A stretch of 64,000 nt of DNA from Octopus vulgaris (Eukaryota): contig OX597830.1 of the NCBI GenBank assembly GCA_951406725.2, forward strand, positions 79,608,001 through 79,672,000, given 5' to 3'. This document shows, piece by piece, positions 53,151 through 64,000 of the stretch. Positions within the stretch are counted from its first letter, which is position 1, and every line of letters starts with the position of its first letter. The notes under the pieces were generated by a model that was given only the letters and a program-made list of their open reading frames with translations, was not told the origin of the DNA and made no database searches. The position numbers were made by a program, and so were the translations under genes.

Positions 53151-53609
53151 AACAAGTAGGAGCTCTTTAATATTCAATGAGTATACTACACAAGCTACAC
53201 ACAGCAAGGACAAAGAAACAAAAGTAGAATGTAAAAAGCTTAAAAACGAACGCACAAGAACAGATTCGAACGCAGACAATAGACATTACAAACACAGACA
53301 GCAAAAACAAATCAAAAGAAAAAGAAAGATAACCAACCCACTACACCAAATTAACATCACTAAGCATATAACACAAGCAACACACAGCAAGGAGAAAAAG
53401 ACAAAAATAAAATTTACACGTGTTAAAAAATTTTTGTAAAAATGTTGAATGACGTTAACTGAACTGTGGGGTTCGAGTAGACGTCATTCCACATTTTCAT
53501 TTATCATTACTATTCTTTTCGTTCGATTTAATTTTCCTCCACTGTTGTGTTTTGTTTGTCCTTATGCTGTCCCCTCTGGGTTTCAACTCTATGTGGTTAA
53601 TAAAAGAAT

Positions 53610-54325
53610 TTCAGTCGGCGAGGTACGCCTTTGTGTTGCGGTTGGTTATTTATTGGTTATTTATTGTTTGAAGTCGTTCTATTGCCGTTGTTTCATTCGG
53701 GACTACCTCGTGTTTGAAAACTTAGTGTCTTTTGACACACTGTTCGCCTGAACAAGCTTGGTTTTCCTCTTGTTCCCCTGTTGTGGGCGAATTTTTTGCG
53801 TTTTGTATGGGGATTGTGCCCGCACAAAATGACTAGTGATTTGTATGATGTGTCGGAGCTCATACAGAATCTCAACTCGGAGTACGAAACCGACTCGTAA
53901 AAAAGTGTGGATGATTATGCGGCAGCGGTCAATAGGCGGCAAAGAAGATAGAATATCAGGACGGAGGCCGTGGAAACATTTTAACCAATTCTGCGGGGAG
54001 AAGCAACAAGCGTGAGGTTGACTACCCCACCCCAGAAAACGAGAAGAAGAACGATAATTTAACGCTATCTCTTAAAAATAAGAGAATAGAGATAGCGTCT
54101 ATCGAAGAAATGGAAAATGTTTTAAAGCTTATGTTCAATTTACAATATATGAAAAGAGGCAAGAAATTAGGTAGCGTGGAGGTACAGTTCATATCAGAAT
54201 ACGACACTAGGGGTGATTCTGCGATCACCCTGCAGACGAAAAGCTGGCTCTTTTACCGTCATACTTTGGCAAAAGAAACATAGAAGTCGCAATAGAAAGA
54301 TATTCACCTGAAATTAGACCGGCGT
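53610..54325 (+). mobile_element. 5' part of another gag-like ORF1 element
   Basis: SIEEMENVL..YMKRGKKLGSVEVQF resembles the ORF1 segment of the 48.4-kb element; truncated by a MITE. Confidence 0.4.
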
Positions 54326-54336
54326 GTATAAATATA

Positions 54337-54739
54337 GGATCTTTCGGTTTGAACAGCAGTTTTTAACATAATTTCTACGTAAATAAAAACTTCGTATACT
54401 GGTAGAATGTGTTTATAAAACATCTTTTTCTCTTGGCTTTATTGAGAAAATTCTATAGTTTGTAAGATATTTGTTGTTTTTTTCTTCAATTTCTGCAATT
54501 TCAACCTATCACTGACGTCCATTGAGGTAAACAACATTCTGTGCCGTATGAATATGTCCCAACAGATTGGGTTTATTTACATTTCTGAAGAAAAAAGATA
54601 CCCTTCCCCACCCCTAACTCTAACCCTAACTAACCCTAAAATAGATTGACATGCAATAGATCGGTACTAGGGTCATAATTATGGGTTACAATTTCATATG
54701 ACACCGCTAGAAAAACTGCCGTTCAAACCGAAAAGATCC
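54337..54739. mobile_element. MITE with about 27-bp TIRs
   Basis: GGATCTTTCGGTTTGAACAGCAGTTTTT...AAAAACTGCCGTTCAAACCGAAAAGATCC; near-identical 8-bp flanks taaatata/aaaatata. Confidence 0.8.
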
Positions 54740-55144
54740 AAAATATATGTATACAAAATATAAATAGAATACATTTTTTACATATTTATAGAGATATTAG
54801 TTTATAAGTTTATTGCTTATATATTTTTTACACATAATTTTTCTGTATTCTACCCCCAGACTGCCTTTTTCTTGTGTGTATTTTGTGTATATGGAATCCG
54901 TTGTGCGCGCGTGTGGATGTGTGCGTGTGTACGTGCAGGCGAGTATTGCGCATATAGACGTGTTGTACTCATTGTTTTTTAACACATTTTCATGTATAAA
55001 AGATAAAGAGAGAGAGAGAGAATTGAAGGCGTTCGAGTCAAAAAGAAAAAGTACAGTTTGACATTATATATATATTTATACATATATTGATAAAACTGAT
55101 AAGACAGCGAAAGAATGAAAGAGACCTCGATATTATGTAAATAG

Positions 55145-55205
55145 AGGAGTGCCCCAGCATGGCCACAGCTCATGAGCTGAAACTAGATAAAATAAAATAA
55201 ATAAT
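55145..55205 (+). mobile_element. CR1-type 3' tail fragment
   Basis: gtgccccagcatggccacagctcatgagctgaaactaga nearly identical to the LINE end near 22447-22486. Confidence 0.75.
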
Positions 55206-55243
55206 AACAAAAATGTAATCTGTGGCAATTATTCGGTAGCTGT

Positions 55244-55304
55244 GATAAAACTCCGAGTTTCAGATGCCGAGGTGGAAATCCACGCCGCCATCTCTTCAGT
55301 TATC
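55244..55304 (-). ncRNA. Type I hammerhead ribozyme motif
   Basis: GATAA-CTGAAGA-GATG..GTGG(ATTT)CCAC..CATC-T-GAA-ACTC(G)GAGT-T-TTATC. Confidence 0.6.
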
Positions 55305-55599
55305 CGGCCATCGGGAAATATGCTATGCAAAACGACCGTTATACAAAGGGAAATTACTGTGTGAATGATCGTTAGTAAGACTAAAGAGCTATTTGAATGA
55401 CCGCTAAGTGAGGGGAGGGAGTAAAAGTAAGAGGGTAAAAAGGTTCATAGTATTCGCGTAAGCGTGCATGTTCATACCTACACATGCGTGCCCGCACACC
55501 AACGTGCATGCGCCTAAAAGTATTATACACTCATCCACCCTCACTTGAAACACACACAACCTCACCCGCACCATTCGCCAAATATATATATATATATAT

Positions 55600-57090
55600 A
55601 TATTATATTAAATTAGAGATAAAACCACTATGAGGCAAATCAAACAGTGAAAAACATAAGCCAATACATAAAATTAATCTCGCTAAGATAAGTTTTTATT
55701 TATATTTAAGATCTTTAAATTGTAAATTTTAATATTTTATAAGTCTTTGGTGTAATAATATTTTTCTTATGTAAATATCGTTGTTTATGTAATGATCTAA
55801 TTATCGTAATTTTCTATATAATTATTAGATATTAAATTTAAGTTTATTCGTAAGATATTACTTAGCGATAGATATGTTGTTTGGTAGCAAGTATACGAGT
55901 TGTCTAAAGTTAGGTTTATGTATATACATGTATTAATAGCATTAATTGTAGTTTTAAATTTCTTATAATTAAAATTAGATAAACTTAGATATGTTTCGAT
56001 CAAAGATTGGTCCAGGCCATGTCTAACTTAATAGCATAACTTAGTTATTGTCTTTCTAAATTGATATTTGCTAGTTTTATTCCCATTGATAAATATATTT
56101 ATAGTATTTATAGTATTTATTCGATACTATATAACTACGAATTGATTATTTCAGTAAGTATTTTAAATATAAGATTTCCGAAAGTTCGTTTAAGTTTGTT
56201 TGTTTGTATTTTTGAAATTAGCTATTTCATCTTTAAATATGAAAAATTAATTTATTAGGTCTTTATTATATGTGCATATATATTTATTTATAGAGATTAT
56301 TTTAGATCTTAATTATTATATTTATATAAATTTATATATTTTCATTGATAATTTATATATAATAGTCATTTTTTAAAAAAATATTTATGTAATTAGATAT
56401 AGACTATTACCGATATAAGATAATTGGTGGGTTTCTTACCTTAAAAATTAAAATTAATATTTAACATTATAATCGATTTTGATGTAATCATAATCGTTAA
56501 GTTTTAAGTTTCTAGTTTGAAAATAGAGATTATTATAAGTAAAATTATTATATTATTTATATCTTAAAAGTATTGTTTAACTATTTCTGATTATTTTTAA
56601 AATATTTCAATTAACCTGAAGATTGACTGTAACCATAATTCGAATTATTAATTGAATTTAAATTATTGTTATTCGAATTCGTACAGCCATGAAACGATCG
56701 TAGTGTTTTACACTTCATCTTTTATTAAACTTTTAATACTTTTGATATTTATATAATAATTAAAAAAATAATAAATAAATAAATTTATAAATAAAATAAT
56801 ATATAAATATAAAAATATACATACATATAAATATATATATATATTTGTATATATATATTTAAAATTTATAAGTTTAAATTATTTAAATAATTCTTTTAAA
56901 TTTTAAATTTTATATTTTTTAATTAATTTAATGTAATGGCTTATGCGTTTCACTGTTTGATTTGCCTAATAGTGGTTTTATCTCTAATTTAATATAATAT
57001 AATATAATATATTTATACTATAAAATTGGATTTAATCCTAAATCTAATATTTCCCTGTAAGCTTGGATTTATTCCCTAATATTATTATTA
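55600..57090 (+). mobile_element. AT-rich non-autonomous PLE-like element with terminal inversion and hammerhead motif
   Basis: 55603-55665 is inverted relative to 56935-57000; the 3' part is repeated at 50480-50750; CTGAAGA...GAAACGATCGTA at 56616-56702. Confidence 0.55.
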
Positions 57091-57207
57091 TTACTTTATA
57101 TATATATATATATATATATACAACCCCCCACACACACGCGCGCGCTCAAAAAAGTTCATTCCCACGTCCATATGCACCTATAGACATGGAAAACAGGGCT
57201 CGAGGCA

Positions 57208-57266
<59 letters not shown>

Positions 57267-57276
57267 TGTGTGTGTG

Positions 57277-57550
57277 GAGGCGCAATGGCCCAGTGGTTAG
57301 AGCAGCGGACTCGCGGTCGTAGGATCGCGGTTTCGATTCCCAGATCAGGCGTTGTAAGTGTTTATTCAGCGAAAACAGCGGCAGCGGGTGGTGGCGATCC
57401 CTGCTGTACGCTTTCGCCGCAACTTTCTTCTGATGGCCTGCTCATTTAGCCAGCGGGGTGGCGTCATTTGAAGGTTAAATCAATGCAAAGCGCATTGTGA
57501 CCAGCGATGTGTAGCAAAATCTGAAAGCCTGGTCGGTCACGTGATCACGT
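57277..57550 (+). mobile_element. tRNA-derived SINE
   Basis: GGAGGCGCAATGGCCCAGTGGTTAG...GGTTTCGATTCC A/B boxes; related to the head of the 3320-3624 SINE. Confidence 0.8.
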
Positions 57551-57917
57551 GAGAAAAATATATATATATATATATATAAGTTCTAATTTACCCTAATTAT
57601 ACAAAAACGTCTGTAGCTGGTTCAACCATTGCGTGATATAGTAGTTATCACTACTAATAAAGAAAATTTATTTTGCTCTATGATTATGTAAAATAGTAAT
57701 CTAATCTATCACTACGAGAAATAGAACGCTGTTCCACATATGTGAAAAATAATAATCAGCTGTACATTGGTATACTGGAAAATGTATTAAGATATTCATA
57801 AGCAAAATTTATAAGGTTGCTGTTAAAACAGAGTCTTTGATGAAATTCCAAAACACACATTGGTCATAATTCGTGCAAACAGAAGTAATAAAGAAAAAAG
57901 GAAAAACATTAAATTAC

Positions 57918-57963
57918 TTGGGATTCTTCGTCTTCTTCAGCCGATGATTCAGAAGATGGTGAT
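57918..57963 (-). CDS. TRPM N-terminal extension exon (SPSSESSAEEDEESQ)
   Basis: 46 nt, phase 2 to 0; paralog of 33212-33281 with conserved splice sites. Confidence 0.72.
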
Positions 57964-59496
57964 CTACAAAAAATGAACCAAGGAGGAAGTTTAAGATTAG
58001 TGAAAGTTGTTTGTCATATGGAGTGTAGTTAACATTCTGGACATTTGAACTTCATCTAAAAGTTAAGAAAAGGAGAAAAGTGATATTGTTTCATGGGTTG
58101 GGAGCAAGAAACAATGGAATATTACTGAAAGACTAATATAGGAGGTGATGAGAAGGATAACCAAGAGGGAGTTAAGGTCAGAATGAGTCAGGGGCTAGAG
58201 GAATGGTCAGGGTCTGGTGAACAAAGGCGGAGAGAAAAGCTAAGAACATAGGAGGAGAAGGTAGAAAGAGTCAGTGAGGATTATGACTAAATTTATGGAG
58301 TAATATCTATGTGTATTTAGACCTGTTGTGAAATTAGGAATACATTTCAATAAGTAGCTTTGAATAATTTTATTTCAAAAGAGAGGTCAGCAAATCTTGA
58401 CGAAATGCTCAGACAGTAAAACTCGTCAGTTTGATTTTTATTACAAGCTGCTGAAAATATAGTTCATAGACTTCATTTCACACCAAAAGGTACATTTACG
58501 CATAAAGTCTGGGGTGTAAATACTCATGTAATTATATCAAGTCATCAAATTTCTACAATTTTAAATGGCATTTAATTGGTACAATTTTGATTGTGTTTTG
58601 ATATATAGCCTTCTGCCATTTATCTCGGTTTTGTGGGATGTGTGGGTGTGTGAGATATGATGAACTGTAAAAGACAGTAAATCTGCTTAATTTAATTCAC
58701 ATCTCTAGAAAAACTTCTGCTTCAATGTATGATTTCTTACATAAAATAAGACCTCAAATTTCAACAATTACCATAAGGTATTTTGTTTGACCGTTTTATA
58801 ATTCTGCTAATCCACTACATTTTCTTCAGATGTATATTAAGACACAAATAAACAGTAACATTAGAAGAGATAAACTGATAGGTTAAACATTTCTGAATTG
58901 ACTGTATGTATTTGGTGGAGATACTTAGCGTTTATGGGGTAAATTTCAAAGCTACACTAAATACACGGTGGTAACACACTTTACATTGTTCTTAGTTTGC
59001 ACGGATTTACTGGACCATCGCTTTTGTTGGAACCAAAGTGTTTTCGCTTTTCCCTTTATATCTACAGGAGACCCCTTTGTAGTTTCCGATTCAATATTTC
59101 CTTTTCCTTACCGTTATAACGTCGTTTCATTTCTTCAATACAAAAGGTTCTGACTAATGCTTAAATAAGAATTAATATCATATATTTATAAATATCTGAT
59201 AAATATTTTCGAGACTAAATAATAATTTCAAATGTCTAGAAAATTGATTTTTTTAGAACTGAAAATATATTATCAAATCTAGTTCAAAATGTTTAAAGTC
59301 GTCAACAGAAACTATGAAAGAGTGAAGTATAAAAGAAAAAAAAGAAACTAAGAAACAATCAGAGCCAGTAAAATTGCTGGATCTCTTGTAACTTTAAAGC
59401 AAACATCACACCTACATGGTTACATTACATCAAGAAAGGAAAATACTTTACTTCAAATAGAATAAAAAATCCAATATCACCATAATACCTATACCA

Positions 59497-59540
<44 letters not shown>

Positions 59541-59543
<3 letters not shown>

Positions 59544-59994
59544 ATATTTCGGAATGGTCATTTTGCCAGTTTAGCCAATAAAAACACACGCACTATATAT
59601 TTGGTGTTACTTTGCTTCAGTGCTATTTATTTTTTACATTAAACTTAATCTTATTTCGGTCAGAGTTCTTTCGTCACACTCCTGTGACCGCATCAGTGGT
59701 CCTTTGCTTTCTTATTTCTTATTTGTGTGTCTCTCCTTACTAACCGTCAGCCATTTTGCTTTTCTATTGTATGAGTCTACGTGTATTCATTTGCGCATGC
59801 TTATATCTCTATGTGCGTCTATGTTTAGTTAGTGTATGTGTGTGTGAATGCCTGTAATATTTGTATCTTCTGTTTATATACGTTCGTGTAATTTGTTTTT
59901 GTTTTTGTTTATTCTTATTTTGTTCATGTGTTTACATCCACATATTATTATCGTTACGTATGCTTGTATGTATGTACGTATAACAACAATACTA

Positions 59995-60051
<57 letters not shown>

Positions 60052-60545
60052 CATTTTAAAACATTTAAACATTTAAAAATTTAAAAAATAAAAAAAATCT
60101 TTTAAATTTAATAAAAAAAAATTATATAGTTATTTATTTCTATTTGTTTATTTATCTGTGTATTTTATTTATTATGTTTTCGGCTTTGTTTATATTGTAA
60201 CCAGTTTATGGGGATCCTCTACTGTCATATGTTGTGGTGTGTGCTAGTGTTCCATTCCAGTTTCCTATTCAGGCTAGGTTTATCTTCTATTATGTGTGTA
60301 GCTTCCGTAATTTGTCTGATTGTTGCATCTGTTCTATGCGTGGACAGGATTTTAACTTCTATGTTGTTGATTGATCCCCCGTGCTCATGCTCGGCATGTT
60401 GGTACCGAATCGATGAGCTTTTACCTTCCTTAAGTTCTCTCCAATGTCTATTTACCCACTCTCCTATGCTTCGTGCCGTTTCCCCTACGTATGTCACTGT
60501 CTTGTTACTGCATCATCCCTCTATACATCTTATACTATAGACTAC
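59541..60545 (-). mobile_element. 5'-truncated PLE (GIY-YIG end), duplicated copy
   Basis: ORF 60225..60497: TYVGETARSIGE..H; hammerhead-like motif at 59658-59702. Confidence 0.78.
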
Positions 60546-62224
60546 TATTATCTTAGCCTGAATATTTTAAGTTTTATAATTATTAATTTTTATCAATATT
60601 AATTATTTACTATTATTCATTTTCATTTTAATTAAATTTCATATTTTAACATTTTTGTATACTTTCTTTTATTATTTTCTTTTGAAGGTCGATAAATTAA
60701 GTACCAGTAAAAACACTGGAGTCGGTGTAGCCGACTAGTCTCTTCACCACAAACTCGAGACATTGTGCCTACAGTAGAAAGGATTATTATCATCACCTTA
60801 TTTTACTATATTACTATTTTTCTTAAATAAAAATATTAACACACACACACAAATAACAAAGCATATTTCATCTACTTTGTTGGAGTATCTCAACCGATCG
60901 GCATGTAACTTCCTTTCGGCCTTCGAAACTGCAACTCCAAATCACCATGCAATAACCTATCACTAGACCAATGAAATTTTACCTCCGATCAGAACTGGAC
61001 CCTCAAGAAAATAAACAGACTGACTCGGTAAGAGAATCAAACAACAGGAACGTTTCATGACCATTCCCCACAGGCAAGACAACCAGGCAGAATGTCAAAC
61101 TTGGTCTCCACAAAGAATAAGAATAAGAATTATAACGAATCAAAAATTATATCCTTTCACAGAAAAGATTATAGATACACGGATTCCAAAGCAGTCCGTT
61201 ACAGGCGAAAAACCCTCTACGCGACGGTAAAAGGAATCACGTGCAAGATGAAAGAAACTGTAACAAAATCCCTTTTGCTTACTCTCTTCTTTCTTTATTT
61301 GTTTCTCTCTTAAATCAGTATGACTGAACTTTTTGCGATCCACATTTTTTATATACTTCGCCCATCATTTTCTGATATTATTGAAATTTGTAAACATTTA
61401 ATCATTTAAATATGTTTTCTAATTCGCAAACAAAATAGGGCCTTGGGACCGAGGAGAAGAGGTAACGCTTAGAAAATGTCTTGGAAGATGGTGAACATAG
61501 CGACAGAAAATTTGCGACTGTTCAGCTACAGGACCAGTGTAAGAAGGGAAGAAAAAGGGGTACTGGCAGTTGGTCACGCGACAGCAGCAGGCAGAGGAGA
61601 AAGACTGCAGGGTGAGAGAACGACAGAGAAAAATACGGAAGGGATGAAGGGAAAGAAAAAAGGCTGGGAATACAAGAGAGAGAAGGAGTCAGTAGAAAGT
61701 CTATAATAAATAAATACACACACACACACACATATATGTATATGTATATATATATTAAGTATGTAGGTATGTTTTAAAATGTATGGGCTATTTACGGAGT
61801 GCTCATAGAGAGCCTACGCGAAAAAATACAGAGTAGAGAAAATTTAAAACGCAAGTCTTGGAAAGTCAAACAGATTCCCGAACGCATAAATGAGAAATTT
61901 CAATCGAAGTAGTTGAATCATATATATTTATACACATCAACATAAATCATGCATGTACAGGCGTGAAAATTCCCCAAGGTTATAAAGAATGAAATCAAAC
62001 ATACATAGAAATATAGAAGAAATATAAAAATTTATATAAAAATACTTATGAAATTACATATAAATAAATTTACATGTAACGAGTTATACGTGATAAATAT
62101 AGGAGGTGCAAAGTGGATGAGAGATTGGTACATTCTGTAAGGATCAGATATCGAGATATGTAGGTATTTAGCGTGTCTTTCGATATGATGAAGAAAGTTT
62201 ATCTGGAAATGTCTGTCTACTTAC

Positions 62225-62280
62225 ATATCAAAACATATCGATGCCAAAGGCGCTTGAATTAGTGTTTCTGTTGTTTCAGG
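62225..62280 (-). CDS. TRPM N-terminal extension exon (PETTETLIQAPLASICFD)
   Basis: 56 nt, phase 0 to 2; paralog of 39258-39313 with intact ag/gtaagt sites. Confidence 0.72.
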
Positions 62281-62822
62281 CTAGAGAAAAGAGGAAAAAC
62301 AATGTTAATTGTTGAAAGAAACGTTTGGGTTAGTATTTCTAGGTATAGAAAATAAATTTTAAGTAAAATATATGTTTGAAGGAGGAGGTATATAAGTAAC
62401 AGTAGTAAGCAAGAGGCAAAGAATAACCACATCTAAAAGTCTAACAACTACACACGGATATAGACACAGAAAAATCCATTTACAGAAAAAATATAAACAG
62501 TTTTATTTTCAATTTAGTTTTAGAGATTTCAACATGGTTAGCATCATTGAATTCAAATGAAGATCTGAAATCGTATTTACAACTATTTTATTTTTATGAA
62601 GTTCAGTATTTATGATATCAGTGCAGATCCTATTAATGTCTTACTAATTTAGGCATAATTAAATAAAATCTTTAGGAAAATAATATCCTCAGATGCAATA
62701 TGAAACACAATTTATATATGTATACATAAATTATAAAGTTCACATCCTGAAATCATCAAAAGACTCCCAAGAGACTAAAATTCAAAGAAGAAAAACGGTA
62801 AAGACATTAAATAGCTTTAAAC

Positions 62823-62965
62823 GTTGATTGATTGATTGATTGATTGATTCTAGTTTCAGCTTATGAGCTGTGGCCATGCTGGGGCACCGCCATTTGGTGT
62901 TGCTACTTGGTTTCACTTCATGGAGGCTTTCTAGCAACTGCTATTTGGTGCATGAGAGAGTTCGT
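62823..62965 (-). mobile_element. 5'-truncated CR1 LINE 3' end with (AATC)n tail
   Basis: Reverse complement of about 22370-22508; absent from the paralogous site near 39855. Confidence 0.88.
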
Positions 62966-63312
62966 TATAGAAAGATTTTTTAAAAAATTATGATGAACAT
63001 ATAAATATCATTTAATGTAAGTTTATTTAAGCGTGTACATATTAATTCTACATTTTCCCAATTGAAAAACGGACATATATTGATACAATATTTTACATGA
63101 AATTTGTACAACTTTTGCAAGGATTGTGCAATCTTAACAGGAACTAACTTCTTATATTTCTCAATTCACCCATGATTGCAGGTGTCTTGCACAAATACTA
63201 TTCGCATATGAACGCTTCCTCGCTACACTAAGGCATTAGTTCTTGTGACAAAAGCATCTATATTCTCAGAAGATAACATAGGCATCAACAATGCAAACCT
63301 GGCTGAAGAACA

Positions 63313-63490
<178 letters not shown>

Positions 63491-63731
63491 TATATATATA
63501 TACACACACACATATATATATATAATACATATATATATATATATACATATATACATACATATATATATACATATATATATATATACATACATATATATAT
63601 ACATACATATATATATATATATACATACATATATATATATACATACATATATATATATATATAAATACATATACATATATATATATACATACATATATAT
63701 ATACATACATATATATATATATACATACATA

Positions 63732-63771
<40 letters not shown>

Positions 63772-64000
63772 CATATATATATATACATACATATATATAT
63801 ATACATACATATATATATATATACATACATATATATATATATATACATACATATATATATATATATATACATACATATATATACATATATGCATATATAC
63901 ATATATATATACATATATATACATACATACATATATATATGGAATGACATCACTTGAACAGAGACAGACAGAGTCCTTGTTGGCTCTCACACGCAAGTTT

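Larger units (their letters stand above)
57858..63077. repeat. Segmental duplication copy B
   Basis: Aligns with 33151-34830 + 36521-39968. Confidence 0.92.

Noticed and set aside
57277-57350. tRNA gene
   Set aside because: The tRNA-like head continues into a SINE body, with no proper acceptor stem or terminator.
63223-63310. [24 protein letters not shown] repeated at 17.8 and 63.3 kb as a possible exon
   Set aside because: It has no convincing splice-site pair and abuts (TA)n in both places; it is better explained as a repeat terminus.

Overview
AT-rich, microsatellite-rich animal genomic DNA. The SINE/LINE repertoire resembles that of Octopus (a coleoid cephalopod); this is an inference. 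The window lies inside one long minus-strand gene, a TRPM-family channel. Nine small exons (62280 to 3806) form an uninterrupted, phase-compatible chain that ends in the TRPM MHR1 motifs. The first six exons form an N-terminal extension built by tandem duplication of an exon pair. The introns are filled with transposons. The best-preserved one is an intact GIY-YIG Penelope-like retroelement (PLE, about 23.7-32.8 kb) with direct and inverted pseudo-LTRs and a variant hammerhead ribozyme motif. Unusually, it has a coiled-coil ORF1 that overlaps the RT-EN ORF in the -1 frame across an in-frame HIV-type U_UUU_UUA slippery site, a candidate programmed frameshift. About 11 hammerhead-like motifs from several families are present, including non-canonical cores (U3-G8, G3-C8, CUGAUGCG). 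Other elements are a near-full-length CR1-clade LINE, remnants of RTE, R4/NeSL, hAT, Chapaev3, Helitron and Tc1 elements, ORF1-only gag-like elements, tRNA-derived SINEs, MITEs and a recent duplication sharing about 5 kb. Most ORF-track entries are microsatellite artefacts. All calls were made by eye and coordinates may be off by a few bases.
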